The notes beneath the pieces were generated by a model that searched no databases, was not told the origin of the DNA, and saw nothing but the letters and a program-made list of their open reading frames with translations. DNA of 64,000 nt, taken from contig JBFXLE010000017.1 in assembly GCA_050173015.1 (NCBI GenBank), forward strand, positions 30,806-94,805, read 5' to 3'. The stretch comes from Calditrichaceae bacterium. Its GTDB lineage: Bacteria > Calditrichota > Calditrichia > Calditrichales > JBFXGD01. Positions 1 through 10,944 of this stretch are shown here, one piece after another; positions within the stretch are counted from its first letter, which is position 1; every line of letters starts with the position of its first letter. The translations under genes were made by a program, and so were the position numbers.

Positions 1-806
1 CCTTCGCTCGCTTTGGCGACCACATCAGGATCATTATAGTGTGTTGTTGCGAGAACAATCGCTTTTGCGCGCGCTTCAGGATCATCCGATTTAAAAATAC
101 CGGAGCCGACAAATACGGTTTCCGCGCCAAGCTGCATCATCAATGAGGCATCGGCAGGAGTCGCCACCCCACCCGCAGCAAAATTAGGAACCGGTAATTT
201 ACCGTTTTCTTTTATGTAACGGACCATTTCAACCGAAGCGCCTAAATTTTTGGCGAAAGTCACCAGCTCTGAATCTTCAAGCTGAGTAATTCTTTTTATT
301 TCACTCTGAACCATTCTCATATGCCGGACCGCTTCAACGATATTTCCCGAACCGGCTTCGCCCTTTGTACGAATCATTGCCGCGCCTTCTGAGATACGGC
401 GAAGCGCTTCTCCCAGATTCCGGCAACCACAGACAAACGGCACTTTATAATCATGCTTCCAGATATGATTGGCATCATCAGCGGGAGTGAGAACTTCACT
501 TTCGTCCACAAAATCGACTCCCAGTGACTGCAAAACCTGCGCTTCCGCAAAATGTCCGATACGGCATTTTGCCATGACCGGGATAGAGACGAGCTTCTGG
601 ATTTCTTTTATCATTTTCGGATTTGACATTCGGGCAACGCCGCCGTGCGCGCGGATATCGGCCGGAATGCGTTCCAACGCCATTACCGCCACGGCGCCGG
701 CATCTTCCGCTATTTTGGCTTGTTCGGGTGTCGTCACATCCATGATCACACCGCCTTTAAGCATCTCGGCCAAGCCAACCTTGACCAAAAATTCTTTTTC
801 AAACAT
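1..806 (-). CDS. pdxS: Pyridoxal 5'-phosphate synthase lyase subunit (3' end beyond window)
   Basis: Manual translation from ATG at 806: [61 protein letters not shown], the PdxS/SNZ N-terminus; RBS AGGAG upstream; not in the ORF track because it is truncated. Confidence 0.95.
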   Translation of the reverse strand, partial: MFEKEFLVKVGLAEMLKGGVIMDVTTPEQAKIAEDAGAVAVMALERIPADIRAHGGVARMSNPKMIKEIQKLVSIPVMAKCRIGHFAEAQVLQSLGVDFVDESEVLTPADDANHIWKHDYKVPFVCGCRNLGEALRRISEGAAMIRTKGEAGSGNIVEAVRHMRMVQSEIKRITQLEDSELVTFAKNLGASVEMVRYIKENGKLPVPNFAAGGVATPADASLMMQLGAETVFVGSGIFKSDDPEARAKAIVLATTHYNDPDVVAKASE

Positions 807-851
807 CTATCATTTCTCCTAAATTTTCAACAAATTTTATATTCAATTTTT

Positions 852-880
852 AATTTATTCAGCTCAATATTAAATGTCAA
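852..880 (-). promoter_or_regulatory. Putative sigma70 promoter for pdxS
   Basis: Minus strand TTGACA-17 nt-TAAATT. Confidence 0.55.
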
Positions 881-884
881 GGGA

Positions 885-1919
885 TTACCGGCGGGTTGAT
901 GAGGTTTTCAGCCTTTCTGCAATCTGATTTACCGTGTAGGGGATCAATTTTACAAAACCGTGTACTACAATACTTGCCGATGTTTGATAAGCCAAAGGAC
1001 CGGCAAAGAACAGACCCGGCTGCTGAATACTCTCTCCGGAATACGCGACCTCAGGAAAATTTTTGCGGTTAAAACGTAAGGGAAAGTTCTGCGCTACCTT
1101 GATATGAGGGTGGTAACCGGTGGCAAAAATAATTTTATCCACTTCCATATCCCAATCTCTGAAATAAACTCTGTTTCCTTCGATTCTCTGAATATTCTGG
1201 TAGGCGCGATACCGGATAATTTCCATACTGATGAGTTCTTTCAGATAACTCTCTGAGATTCCTCTAATATGATACAGTTTTTTTGTATCGGAAAAAAATT
1301 TCAGATCGTCTCGCGAAATCAGATATACCAAAGAATGTCCGCATAAATCAATGGCTATTTCGGCTGCGCTGTTTCCCGTTCCCACAATCAGTACACGTTT
1401 ATTCTTAAACTCTTCGGCAGAACGGTAGTGATGTGAGTGCGTGACAATGGGATTGTTCTTCACCCCCGGTATTTCCGGGATAAACGGATTACCGAATATA
1501 CCTGTTGCCACCGTAATGACCGGCGCGGTGTAAGTTTTGTCGCCAACCCTGACTTCGTACTGAAGACTATCGTGATTAAAGTTTATATTCGTCACGGACG
1601 TATTCAACTCAATATTCAGTTTAAAGTGATCTGTGTAAGCGTCCATGTATTTGACAAACTCAGACGCCTGACAATACGGGCGGCGTACCCCCATCTTCCA
1701 GATCGGGAATTTCCCTGAAAAGCTTGTCCAGTCACGCTGGGGATGACAAGGGGACAATAGAAACATCTCCGGACGCATTTCGCGCCAGGCCTGTCCGACA
1801 TTTCCTTTTTCAAATGCGATGTAATCAATTTTATGATGTCCGGCTTCCTCGGCCGCTTTTAAGCCCGCCGGACCTCCGCCGATGATGATTAACTCTTTTG
1901 AAAAAGTACGGTCCATCAC
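885..1919 (-). CDS. NAD(P)/FAD-dependent oxidoreductase (YpdA/thioredoxin-reductase-like or FMO-like)
   Basis: GGGPAG FAD motif, ATG motifs, VGTGNSA NAD(P) motif; no CxxC. Confidence 0.75.
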   Translation of the reverse strand: MMDRTFSKELIIIGGGPAGLKAAEEAGHHKIDYIAFEKGNVGQAWREMRPEMFLLSPCHPQRDWTSFSGKFPIWKMGVRRPYCQASEFVKYMDAYTDHFKLNIELNTSVTNINFNHDSLQYEVRVGDKTYTAPVITVATGIFGNPFIPEIPGVKNNPIVTHSHHYRSAEEFKNKRVLIVGTGNSAAEIAIDLCGHSLVYLISRDDLKFFSDTKKLYHIRGISESYLKELISMEIIRYRAYQNIQRIEGNRVYFRDWDMEVDKIIFATGYHPHIKVAQNFPLRFNRKNFPEVAYSGESIQQPGLFFAGPLAYQTSASIVVHGFVKLIPYTVNQIAERLKTSSTRR

Positions 1920-1920
1920 A

Positions 1921-2856
1921 TTATTGCCCTGATATAAAAATATAATTTGAACGTAAATGTTCTAAAATCTTATCCACTATCTGTTTTCCCACCCTTTCCT
2001 GGGCTTCAGTTGTTGACGCGCCGATATGCGGGGAGGCAATCACCTTTTTATGTGCGGCGAGATTTTTATCATATCCCGGTTCATTTTCAAAAACATCCAG
2101 GGCCGCCCCGGCCAGTTTGTTGGAATCAAGCGCTTTCAATAACGCGGCTTCTGATACTATTCCGCCCCGGGATGTATTTATCAGATAGGAGCCCGGCTTA
2201 ACTTTCTCAAATTCGGGTTCACCTATTAAATATGCTGTTTCAGGATTTTTAGGCAGATGTACTGAGATAAAATCTGACCTTTTTAAAAGCTTATCCAGAG
2301 GAACCTGCTCAAATTCGATTTCCGGGATCGTAACTTCAGACCGGTTATACACAAGAATTTTCATGCCGAGACGGAAAGCTTTAACAGCCGCCATTTTACC
2401 TATGGTCCCTCCGCCGATGATTCCCAGTGTTTTTCCGTCAATCTCAAAACCCGTGAATTCTTTCTTCGCCCACCGACCGTTTTTCATGCTTACGTCAGCT
2501 TCAGAAATTTTTCTGGCAAGAGAAAAAATAAAACCGATGGTAAGTTCGGCCACCGCTGCAGCATTTGTACCCGGTGTGTTGAATACTTTTATTCCCTTTT
2601 GTGCCGCATGGACCGTATCAATATTATCCAAACCTGATCCCGCACGGCCGATCGCGCGCAGATTTACCCCCGCATCGATCACATTTGAGGTGATAGTCGT
2701 CGCGCTGCGCACAATAACCGCGTTGTATTTTGAAATATTTTTTACCAGTTCGTCTTCTGACTGTCCGTAAATGGTATCATAATTTATATCCTTTGCCTCG
2801 GCAAGATTTGCCATGGCTGTATCATCAAGAGGATCACAAATCAATATCTTATACAT
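1921..2856 (-). CDS. serA: D-3-phosphoglycerate dehydrogenase-like D-2-hydroxyacid dehydrogenase (no ACT domain)
   Basis: GRAGSGLDNID, NTPGTNAAAVAEL, INTSRGG, LDVFENEP, PHIGAST motifs. Confidence 0.7.
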   Translation of the reverse strand: MYKILICDPLDDTAMANLAEAKDINYDTIYGQSEDELVKNISKYNAVIVRSATTITSNVIDAGVNLRAIGRAGSGLDNIDTVHAAQKGIKVFNTPGTNAAAVAELTIGFIFSLARKISEADVSMKNGRWAKKEFTGFEIDGKTLGIIGGGTIGKMAAVKAFRLGMKILVYNRSEVTIPEIEFEQVPLDKLLKRSDFISVHLPKNPETAYLIGEPEFEKVKPGSYLINTSRGGIVSEAALLKALDSNKLAGAALDVFENEPGYDKNLAAHKKVIASPHIGASTTEAQERVGKQIVDKILEHLRSNYIFISGQ

Positions 2857-2880
2857 TTTCCTGTCGTTCCTTCATACCAA

Positions 2881-3612
2881 TTATTCTGTACTATCCTGCC
2901 TGCGCTCATCCATGATCCGGCAAGCTTCCATAATCACATTCATCGTTGAGTTACTTATATTCTGTTTTAGATTGATATCTCGTATGTCAAAACTGAAGGC
3001 TCCCGACATCAGTGAAACCAGATCATAAAATGCATCTTCACCTCTTTTATCTTCTGTCTGGGCAGCAAATAAATGCCCGTCTTTGAGATAAATTTGTCCC
3101 TTGATATCACCTTCAATTTTCAAAACACCGGATTTTTTATTCAGATTGAGCATCTGAACAAGTTCAACTATCGAGAGATCACGCAAATCTCCGGAAAACC
3201 CCTTGCGCTCATCACTGATATTTTCAATACTTTTTAATTTTTGAGTCCTGCTTAATAACTCTTCAACACGTTTAAGCAGATCTTTGCGGTCGATCGGCTT
3301 ATTAAGAAATTCATCCGCTCCGGCTCTGAATCCGCGAATTTCCGTTTCCGCGTCGTCAAATGAAGTCAAAAATATAAACGGCACCAATGGAATTTCCGAA
3401 TTTTCCCGTATCATCCAGCATAATTCAATACCATCCATTTGTGGCATCATGATATCTGATATAATCAGATCCGGCTGATGTTTATTCGCGGCTTCGAAAG
3501 CCATTTCACCATTCTCAGCTTCAATTATTTCATATCCCGCTTTAGAAAGACTAATGTTCAATAATTTCAACACATTTGGATTATCATCAACAATCAATAT
3601 TTTAAACGCCAT
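2881..3612 (-). CDS. Response regulator, REC + DUF4388 domain
   Basis: ILIVDD...PDLIISDIMMPQMDG...KP receiver; C-terminal FSGDLRDLSIVELVQMLNLNKKSGVLKI typical of DUF4388. Confidence 0.85.
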   Translation of the reverse strand: MAFKILIVDDNPNVLKLLNISLSKAGYEIIEAENGEMAFEAANKHQPDLIISDIMMPQMDGIELCWMIRENSEIPLVPFIFLTSFDDAETEIRGFRAGADEFLNKPIDRKDLLKRVEELLSRTQKLKSIENISDERKGFSGDLRDLSIVELVQMLNLNKKSGVLKIEGDIKGQIYLKDGHLFAAQTEDKRGEDAFYDLVSLMSGAFSFDIRDINLKQNISNSTMNVIMEACRIMDERRQDSTE

Positions 3613-3634
3613 GGGCTACTCCATGATGGGAATT

Positions 3635-5086
3635 TCAGCTCTTTTTAAAATAATTAACATCTAAATTCCGCACGGCGCCGGCTTCATCAAGTCTCTTAAC
3701 CGGGGTAATATGCGGTGCATTTAAAAGTAAATCCGGCGTTTCATCAATTTCCTTATCAATGGTCAGCATAACATCAACAAAATGATCAAGCATCTCCTTG
3801 CTTTCTGTTTCAGTCGGTTCGATCATTAATGCTTCCTTAACGATCAGGGGAAAATATACCGTCGGCGGATGTATTCCATAGTCCAGAAGCCTCTTTGCTA
3901 TATCAAGAGCCTTTGCCCCTCTTTTCTTCTGGTTTTCCGCGGAAATCACGAATTCATGCATGGTTGGCGCGGCGTATCCGAGATCATAATTCCCGGAGAG
4001 TCTTTTTCGCAGATAATTGGCATTTACGATGGCGTGATCTGATACTTTTCTGAAACCATACCTGCCAACCATCCGGATATAAACATAAGCGCGGACCAGA
4101 AGCGCGAAATTACCAAAATAACTGTGCACGCTGCCGATTGAATCCGGTAGTTCCTCGTTAAGAAAATAGGTATCGTCCTTTTTTTCAACAACCGGGACTG
4201 GAAGGAAAGCCATCAATTTCTCGTTAACGGCTACGGGACCGGTCCCCGGGCCACCGCCACCGTGAGGGGTTGAAAAACTTTTATGCAGATTTAGGTGCAT
4301 AACATCAAATCCGAGATCGGCGGGCCTTACAATTCCGAATAGCGCGTTCATATTGGCCCCGTCCATATACATGAGGGCGTCGATGGAATCGAGCATCTCC
4401 CTGATCTCACGAATTTGATGTTCAAAAATACCGAGCGTGCTCGGATTTGTCAGCATGATACCTGCCACATCATCATTGAGATTGGATTTAAGATCCGCAA
4501 GATCTACTACCCCCTGCGCGGTCGAGCGTATTGTTTTTATTTTGAATCCAGCGATTCGCGCGCTCGCCGGATTTGTCCCGTGGGCGGAATCCGGTACAAG
4601 AATAGTTTTTCGGTTTCTGTTCTTCATTTGATGATATTTTTTCATCAGAAGGAGGCCAACCAATTCACCTTGCGCTCCGGCCGCGGGCTGCAATGTAATC
4701 CCGCTGAATCCGGTCAAATCCATCAAATATTCCTGTAATTCAAAAAGCAGTTTCAGGCCTCCTTGCACCGTTTCATTCGGCTGATCGGGATGTATATTTC
4801 TAAATCCCGGGAGACCCGCTAATTTTTCATTAATTTTAGGATTATATTTCATCGTACATGAACCGAGTGGATAAAAAGCTTTATCAACATGATGATTTAG
4901 ATTCGAAAGTCCGATGTAATGCCTTACAATCTCATTCTCCGCGACTTCGGGCAATCCGGCGGGTTTTTCGCGCAAATAGTTTTTTGGTATAAGATCATCC
5001 GTTTTCATTTCCGGAACATCCGGTTTCGGTAAAACATGCCCAACCCGGCCTTCTTTACTCATTTCAAAAATTAAATTAGTATACAT
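3635..5086 (-). CDS. gcvPB: Glycine dehydrogenase (decarboxylating) subunit 2
   Basis: YPLGSCTMKYNP, LQPAAGAQGE, HLNLHKSFSTPHGGGGPG PLP-lysine motif. Confidence 0.97.
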   Translation of the reverse strand: MYTNLIFEMSKEGRVGHVLPKPDVPEMKTDDLIPKNYLREKPAGLPEVAENEIVRHYIGLSNLNHHVDKAFYPLGSCTMKYNPKINEKLAGLPGFRNIHPDQPNETVQGGLKLLFELQEYLMDLTGFSGITLQPAAGAQGELVGLLLMKKYHQMKNRNRKTILVPDSAHGTNPASARIAGFKIKTIRSTAQGVVDLADLKSNLNDDVAGIMLTNPSTLGIFEHQIREIREMLDSIDALMYMDGANMNALFGIVRPADLGFDVMHLNLHKSFSTPHGGGGPGTGPVAVNEKLMAFLPVPVVEKKDDTYFLNEELPDSIGSVHSYFGNFALLVRAYVYIRMVGRYGFRKVSDHAIVNANYLRKRLSGNYDLGYAAPTMHEFVISAENQKKRGAKALDIAKRLLDYGIHPPTVYFPLIVKEALMIEPTETESKEMLDHFVDVMLTIDKEIDETPDLLLNAPHITPVKRLDEAGAVRNLDVNYFKKS

Positions 5087-5107
5087 TCTTTATCTCCCTG
5101 AAGACAC

Positions 5108-6142
5108 CTAAGACTTAATCAGCTCCCAATAAGACATCGTCTTATTTAAACCGATCTCCTTAGATGCGCCTAATGCTTTTTTTGCCTTATTTAGCAGATC
5201 GTTCTCATCCGCTACCTCTATATTCTCCATCGGAAATGAGGCGACCCCGAGATTCACAGTTATATTACTTTGTTCAACAAGCTTCTTTTTGGAATTGGAC
5301 ACCGTAGCGATAAATTCGTCATCAAAATAACAGGCGCCGGCAAGCGTCTCCCGAAGCCGTTCGGCTTCCAAAAAGCCTCCCTGATCATCCGTTTGAGGCA
5401 GTATGATGTAAAAATAATCCTCTGTATTCTGTGACAGTATATCTACCGCTCTGGTTTTATTTAAAATCAGATTGGCCATTTTTATTCTAATATAATTGCT
5501 TACCTGATAACCGAGCGTTTCATTCATTCTCTTCACATTGTTGATGCTTACGATTACCAGTGAAATGGCCGTTTTATAACGTAGGGCTCTTAAATATTCC
5601 TCTTTTAAACGTCTTTCAAAAAATGTAAAAGTATAAAGCCCCGTTAGGGGATCAATCAATGTGTCTTTATCTATCTGTTTTGAGCGGCTCAGAAATGACT
5701 CAAGCTCTTTCTGCATGATTTTATTATTGTAAGTCAGTTGTTCGTTTTCGCTCCTCAGCACATACAACATTTTATTGCGGTTCAGTATGGCATTTACCCG
5801 CGCCACCAGTTCCTTGGAGTTGAACGGCTTCAGAAGGTAATCATCCGCGCCCAGTTCAAAACCGGTAATTCGATCTTTGACATCGGTATAATTCGCCGTA
5901 AGGAATACAATTGGAATATCTTTTGTATTCATACTGCTTTTTAGCACTTTACAGGCCTCGAATCCATCCATCACCGGCATCATTCCATCCAGCAGAATCA
6001 AATCCGGCCTGCTGTTTTGCGCGATTTCTATCGCTTCAACACCGTTTGAAGCCTTTTCGACATCAAATTGGTAAAATTTGAAAATCCGCTCAAGCGTATC
6101 AAGCATATCCTCATTATCATCAGCGACAAGAACTCTGGGCAT
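5108..6142 (-). CDS. REC + degenerate GGDEF protein (probable c-di-GMP effector)
   Basis: Intact receiver (LILLDGMMP); DPLTGL GGDEF entry; A-site degenerate (TEDYF) but RAVD I-site present. Confidence 0.8.
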   Translation of the reverse strand: MPRVLVADDNEDMLDTLERIFKFYQFDVEKASNGVEAIEIAQNSRPDLILLDGMMPVMDGFEACKVLKSSMNTKDIPIVFLTANYTDVKDRITGFELGADDYLLKPFNSKELVARVNAILNRNKMLYVLRSENEQLTYNNKIMQKELESFLSRSKQIDKDTLIDPLTGLYTFTFFERRLKEEYLRALRYKTAISLVIVSINNVKRMNETLGYQVSNYIRIKMANLILNKTRAVDILSQNTEDYFYIILPQTDDQGGFLEAERLRETLAGACYFDDEFIATVSNSKKKLVEQSNITVNLGVASFPMENIEVADENDLLNKAKKALGASKEIGLNKTMSYWELIKS

Positions 6143-6154
6143 AAAAACGAATCC

Positions 6155-7483
6155 TTACTTCAAATATTTTTTATAAAATTGAATGTATTTATCCAGTTCC
6201 TCTCTGGTTCGCTGCTCCGTAACCGCAATTAATATTTTGTTCGCGTGACCACTCTTTTTCAAATCAATTCCGGCAAAAATTCCTTCTTTCAACGCGGCTT
6301 TAATTACATCTTCAGCCTTGACCGGCAAACTGAGTGTAAATTCTTTAAAGAACGGGGACTTGGAAGCCATGGATATTCCGGGGATGGCCGTTAACTCTTT
6401 TGCGAGATAATGCGCTTTTTGTAAACACAAACCGGCCACATCTTTTATTCCCTTTTTACCGAGAGTTGACATATAAATCCCTGCCGTAAGCGCCATTAAT
6501 CCGGAATTGGTACAGATATTCGATGTGGCTTTTTCTCTGCGGATGTGCTGTTCCCGTGTTTGCAATGTAAGCACAAACCCCCTTTTTCCGTCTTCATCCT
6601 TGGTGACCCCCGACAATCTTCCAGGAATTTTTCGAACCAGGCTTTCATTTACAGAGAACAATCCCAGAAACGGTCCGCCATAGTTCTGTCCATTCCCCAG
6701 GGACTGTCCCTCCGCAACGGCGATATCGACCCCAAACGCCCCGGGTGTCTTTAATAATCCCAGAGAAGTAGGGTCATAAACCTGAATAATCAGACAATCC
6801 TTTCCGGCCGCGGCATTTTTTATCGCGGCAACATCTTCAAAAAATCCAAAATAATTTGGATGTTGTACAATGACGGCGGCGATCTGATCGTCAATTAGTG
6901 ACTTCAAAGCGGTATGATCGATGGTCAGATCCTTATCCGGTATTACTGTCAATTCGATTTCAGTGTTATTAATATAGGTTTCAATAATCTGTTTGTACCT
7001 GCTGTTGAGAGTGGCAGGTATGAGTATTTTATTCTTACCTGTATGGCCGGCGGCAACCAGGACAGCTTCCGCGAGGGCGGAACCGGCTTCGTACATAGAC
7101 GCGTTTGTGATATCCATTTCAGTGAGTTCGCAGATCATTGATTGAAACTCGTACATCGCCTGAAGATTCCCCTGGCTGACTTCAGGCTGATATGGCGTAT
7201 AAGATGTATAAAATTCGGATCTTGATGTGAGCGCGTCGATGATTGAGGGTATGTAGTGGTCATACGCGCCGCCGCCAAGAAAAGAAACATAAGTCTTGTT
7301 CTTTTCCGCTAACTGCTGTACAATTCTGCTGATACCTAATTCGGATTCGGCTTCCGGAATATTAAAAGTACCTTTGAAGCGCAGATCTTGTGGAATATTC
7401 GACAATAATTCCTCGACATTCTCAAAACCGATCACTTCAAGCATCTCCCTGATATCAGCTTCAGAATTAGAAAGATATGCCAT
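6155..7483 (-). CDS. gcvPA: Glycine dehydrogenase (decarboxylating) subunit 1
   Basis: YTPYQPEVSQGNLQ, LQTREQHIRREKATSNICTN. Confidence 0.97.
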   Translation of the reverse strand: MAYLSNSEADIREMLEVIGFENVEELLSNIPQDLRFKGTFNIPEAESELGISRIVQQLAEKNKTYVSFLGGGAYDHYIPSIIDALTSRSEFYTSYTPYQPEVSQGNLQAMYEFQSMICELTEMDITNASMYEAGSALAEAVLVAAGHTGKNKILIPATLNSRYKQIIETYINNTEIELTVIPDKDLTIDHTALKSLIDDQIAAVIVQHPNYFGFFEDVAAIKNAAAGKDCLIIQVYDPTSLGLLKTPGAFGVDIAVAEGQSLGNGQNYGGPFLGLFSVNESLVRKIPGRLSGVTKDEDGKRGFVLTLQTREQHIRREKATSNICTNSGLMALTAGIYMSTLGKKGIKDVAGLCLQKAHYLAKELTAIPGISMASKSPFFKEFTLSLPVKAEDVIKAALKEGIFAGIDLKKSGHANKILIAVTEQRTREELDKYIQFYKKYLK

Positions 7484-7694
7484 GTGTGTTACCTTTATTT
7501 AATTTAAAACGGTAATTGTATAAAAATCGGATCAAAATCTCTGAATTTCCCCCCAGATTGTGAATCAATTTTGAAATTATGGTTACATTCTGGTTTAATC
7601 CTTAATTTAATATATTAAGCATCAATTAACAAAGGATTTTACCAAAGATTTGAAGGCTGGCGTTCAGGGAAGGGACGAAATCAGGAAATGGGAT

Positions 7695-7730
7695 AAAAAA
7701 AAAGCCCGCGGTTGTTCAATCCGCAGGCTT
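7695..7730 (-). terminator. Intrinsic terminator after gcvH
   Basis: Minus strand AAGCCTGCGG-loop-CCGCGGGC followed by a 9-T tract. Confidence 0.8.
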
Positions 7731-7742
7731 GTTATAAAAATA

Positions 7743-8120
7743 TCAGCCAATATGCTTTGAATAAGCATCCGCATCCATCAGATCTTTTAGTTCGGAAGTA
7801 TCTGAAATTTTGATTTTGACCATCCAGCCTTCCCCGTAAGGATCTTTATTCACCGTCTCCGGCTCATCTTCCAGAGCGCCGTTTATTTCAACGATCTCTC
7901 CTGAAACCGGACTGAACAAATCTGCAACGGCTTTTACAGCTTCAATCGTTCCAAAACTGTCTCCCATACTCACTTTATCGCCAACTTCGGGTAATTCAAC
8001 GAATACAACATCGCCCAATTCACCCTGCGCGTAATCTGTGATTCCAACGACAACAATGTCACCTTCGGTTTTCGTCCATTCATGGTCTTTTGTGTACTTT
8101 AATTCACCCGGGATACTCAT
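7743..8120 (-). CDS. gcvH: Glycine cleavage system H protein
   Basis: KYTKDHEW, GITDYAQGELGD, lipoyl-lysine IEAVKAV; start at ATG 8120 with GGAGG RBS. Confidence 0.97.
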   Translation of the reverse strand: MSIPGELKYTKDHEWTKTEGDIVVVGITDYAQGELGDVVFVELPEVGDKVSMGDSFGTIEAVKAVADLFSPVSGEIVEINGALEDEPETVNKDPYGEGWMVKIKISDTSELKDLMDADAYSKHIG

Positions 8121-8133
8121 ATAAACCTCCAAG

Positions 8134-9480
8134 CTATTCTAATAAGTTGATTCGTTCTAAAAACCCTGTATCAAATTTTCCTTCAATAAATTCCGGTCTT
8201 TTTATTAACTTTTGGTGGAATGGTATAGTGGTCTTAACGCCTTCAATGATAAATTCGTCCAGAGCCCTTCCCAACCTGCTTATGGCTTCCGCGCGGTCCC
8301 TTCCATGAACGATAAGCTTGGCTACCAGCGAATCATAATATGGAGGAATCATATATCTTTGATAGGCATGAGAATCAACCCTTACACCCGGTCCTCCCGG
8401 AATATGAAAGCTTTTAATTTCGCCGGGACTCGGCATGAAATTTTTTTCATAATCTTCCGCGTTAATACGGCACTCTATGGCATGTCCTGAAATTTTAATA
8501 CTTTTTTGAGAATATCCCAGTTTTTCACCCGCGGCAACAAGTATCTGATCTTTTAGAAGATCTTTATCATACACCATTTCTGTAACCGGGTGTTCCACCT
8601 GAATACGAGTATTCATTTCCATAAAATAAAAATTGGAGTCGCTGTCAAGAAGAAATTCGATGGTACCGGCGCCCTCATAGCGGACTTTTTTGGCACCGTT
8701 TACCGCCACATCACCCATCCGTTTTCGCAGATCATCCGTGACTACCACAGATGGAGATTCTTCAATCAGTTTTTGATGACGGCGCTGAATACTGCATTCG
8801 CGCTCCCCAAGATGAACAACATTCCCATACTGATCCGCCATAATCTGAATTTCAATATGTCTGGGATTTTGAATATACTTTTCAAGATAAAGTTCGGGAT
8901 TGCTGAACGCGCCCTGAGCCTCCGCCTGAGCCATCTGATAATTCATCTCGAATTCATTCATATTTCTGACGATCCGCATCCCGCGTCCGCCACCACCGGC
9001 AACTGCTTTTAGAATCACCGGGAATCCGATATCGGCAACCAGTTTCCTGCCGGATTCAATGCTTTTCAAGACACCTTCGCTTCCGGGCACAACCGGGACA
9101 CCTGCTTTTATCATCAGTGATTTAGCTTCAGATTTATTTCCCATTTTACGGATAACATCCGCGCTCGGGCCGATAAATTTTATATTACTGGAATTGCACA
9201 TATCAGCGAATTCCGCGTTTTCGGCAAGAAAACCGTAACCCGGGTGTATTGCCTCAGCGCCTGTTATCTCAGCCGCTGAAATGATTCTTACCGGGTTCAA
9301 ATAACTCTGTCCGCTTTGGGCGGGTCCGATACAAATGGCTTCGTCTGCAAACCGAACATGCAGGGAATCTTCATCTGCCTCGGAATGCACGGCGACGGTA
9401 TGAACGCCCAGTTCCTTACAGGCGCGAATTATCCGCAATGCAATTTCACCACGATTCGCTATAAGAATCTTCTTGAACAA
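8134..9480 (-). CDS. accC: Acetyl-CoA carboxylase biotin carboxylase subunit
   Basis: [39 protein letters not shown]; probable TTG start at 9480. Confidence 0.97.
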   Translation of the reverse strand: MFKKILIANRGEIALRIIRACKELGVHTVAVHSEADEDSLHVRFADEAICIGPAQSGQSYLNPVRIISAAEITGAEAIHPGYGFLAENAEFADMCNSSNIKFIGPSADVIRKMGNKSEAKSLMIKAGVPVVPGSEGVLKSIESGRKLVADIGFPVILKAVAGGGGRGMRIVRNMNEFEMNYQMAQAEAQGAFSNPELYLEKYIQNPRHIEIQIMADQYGNVVHLGERECSIQRRHQKLIEESPSVVVTDDLRKRMGDVAVNGAKKVRYEGAGTIEFLLDSDSNFYFMEMNTRIQVEHPVTEMVYDKDLLKDQILVAAGEKLGYSQKSIKISGHAIECRINAEDYEKNFMPSPGEIKSFHIPGGPGVRVDSHAYQRYMIPPYYDSLVAKLIVHGRDRAEAISRLGRALDEFIIEGVKTTIPFHQKLIKRPEFIEGKFDTGFLERINLLE

Positions 9481-9494
9481 CGGGCCTCCCTTTC

Positions 9495-10034
9495 TCAACG
9501 TTCCAGCGCCTGCTCCAATTCACTCAGGATTTTGCGCAATTGTTCATTCTCGGTTTTTAATTGTGCAATTTGTTTTTCCAAATCTGAATTTCCGGAACTT
9601 ATAATTCGATCATTGTAACGAATGTTTTTTGTACCGGCATGATATAAATTTAGAATCTTTAACCAATCATTACAAGCAGAAATATAACTGCTGTTCGGGA
9701 ATTTTTTTTTAAAATCATCAAACCGTTCCCGCGCGTCTTGATAATTAAAAAACGGGTTTTCGGATTCAGAATTAACCCTAAGGCGCGCTATTCTGAAAGC
9801 CGCGTCGTCACTGTAAGGCTCATCCGGATATTTATGCAGATATTTTTGCAATAATGATTCCGCTTCTGAATACTTTTTACCGGCGATCAACTTATCCGCT
9901 TTTTCAATAAGCATCGCCTGCAACTGCTGATCCCGTCCGGATGATTCCCTGGAAACAGGTGAACAGTTTACGAAAATTAATCCACAAATGCTAAAAATCC
10001 AAATGTGCTTAATTATTCCTTTTATCAAAAACAT
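9495..10034 (-). CDS. Putative TPR/coiled-coil lipoprotein
   Basis: Hydrophobic leader ending FVNC; TPR-like [16 protein letters not shown] and [11 protein letters not shown]-terminal coiled coil. Confidence 0.65.
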   Translation of the reverse strand: MFLIKGIIKHIWIFSICGLIFVNCSPVSRESSGRDQQLQAMLIEKADKLIAGKKYSEAESLLQKYLHKYPDEPYSDDAAFRIARLRVNSESENPFFNYQDARERFDDFKKKFPNSSYISACNDWLKILNLYHAGTKNIRYNDRIISSGNSDLEKQIAQLKTENEQLRKILSELEQALER

Positions 10035-10944
10035 ACGTGTTGCCCGTCTTCTTTTTAGCCAGTTTTTTTAGCTCTGTGGCAATGGTTGAAACTTCTGCGA
10101 TTGATTCAATTATTCTGTTTTCATTTGTAACAATGGCAATCGATATACTCACAAACGGGAACTTTTGCATTTTGCCCTGCCGGTTTTTTGAAAGAATAAA
10201 TCCTGTTTCCTTGTCTTCATCCCGGTAAAAATTATGAATTTCACGCTCCATAATATCAGTGATAGATAGACAAATCGATTCAACCATATCCGGCGTCGAT
10301 ACAATAACAAAATCATCTCCGCCCACATGCCCGACAAAATCATCCTGATTGCCAAATCTGTTGATCGCATCCACCAGTAAACGTCCCGTATAAATAAGCA
10401 TTTTATCACCGGCCACAAAACCGTACTTATCATTATAAGCTTTAAAATTATCAAGATCCGCATAGGCCACCGCGAACAATTTTCCGCCTTCGATCCGTTT
10501 CTGGATCACGGTCTGAATGGCGTTATTTCCCGGCAGATACGTCAGCGGATTAGCATCAAGATTTTGCTGATAACGGCGCAGGACGGCTTCGATGCGTTTT
10601 TCGATTTCCTTAGCATCCATCCCTTTTTCCAGATATTCATCAACGCCCTGTTCAAAGCTGGTCAGCTTATCATTCAGGTCGTGGGATGCCGTCAGCATGA
10701 TAATCGGCAAATTCATATATTTGGGAATCTGCCGCAGACGCTTGCAGACCTCGTGACCATCCGGCTCCGGCATACTCAGATCCAATAAAAGAAGCTGTGG
10801 TTGTACCTGATCAATCCTGTCCAGGGCATCTTGTCCGCTTATTCCAAGTTCTACTTTGTATCCGAACCGTTTGATGGTTTCCTCCCACAAGAATCTTTCA
10901 TCATCCCGATCATCAACAAGAAATATTTTGATGTGTTTATTCAC
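10009..10944 (-). CDS. Response regulator diguanylate cyclase (REC-GGDEF)
   Basis: REC with LLLLDLSMP; NPLTYLPGN, DLDNFKAYND, GGDDF. Confidence 0.9.
   Translation of the reverse strand: MNKHIKIFLVDDRDDERFLWEETIKRFGYKVELGISGQDALDRIDQVQPQLLLLDLSMPEPDGHEVCKRLRQIPKYMNLPIIMLTASHDLNDKLTSFEQGVDEYLEKGMDAKEIEKRIEAVLRRYQQNLDANPLTYLPGNNAIQTVIQKRIEGGKLFAVAYADLDNFKAYNDKYGFVAGDKMLIYTGRLLVDAINRFGNQDDFVGHVGGDDFVIVSTPDMVESICLSITDIMEREIHNFYRDEDKETGFILSKNRQGKMQKFPFVSISIAIVTNENRIIESIAEVSTIATELKKLAKKKTGNTYVFDKRNN

Noticed and set aside
7484-7694. Glycine riboswitch upstream of gcvPA
   Set aside because: AT-rich; the GGAGA / CCGAAG / CTCTCAGG aptamer motifs were not found
10009-10944. Hypr-type cGAMP synthase
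   Set aside because: It retains Asp in GFVAGD at the substrate-specificity position rather than Ser
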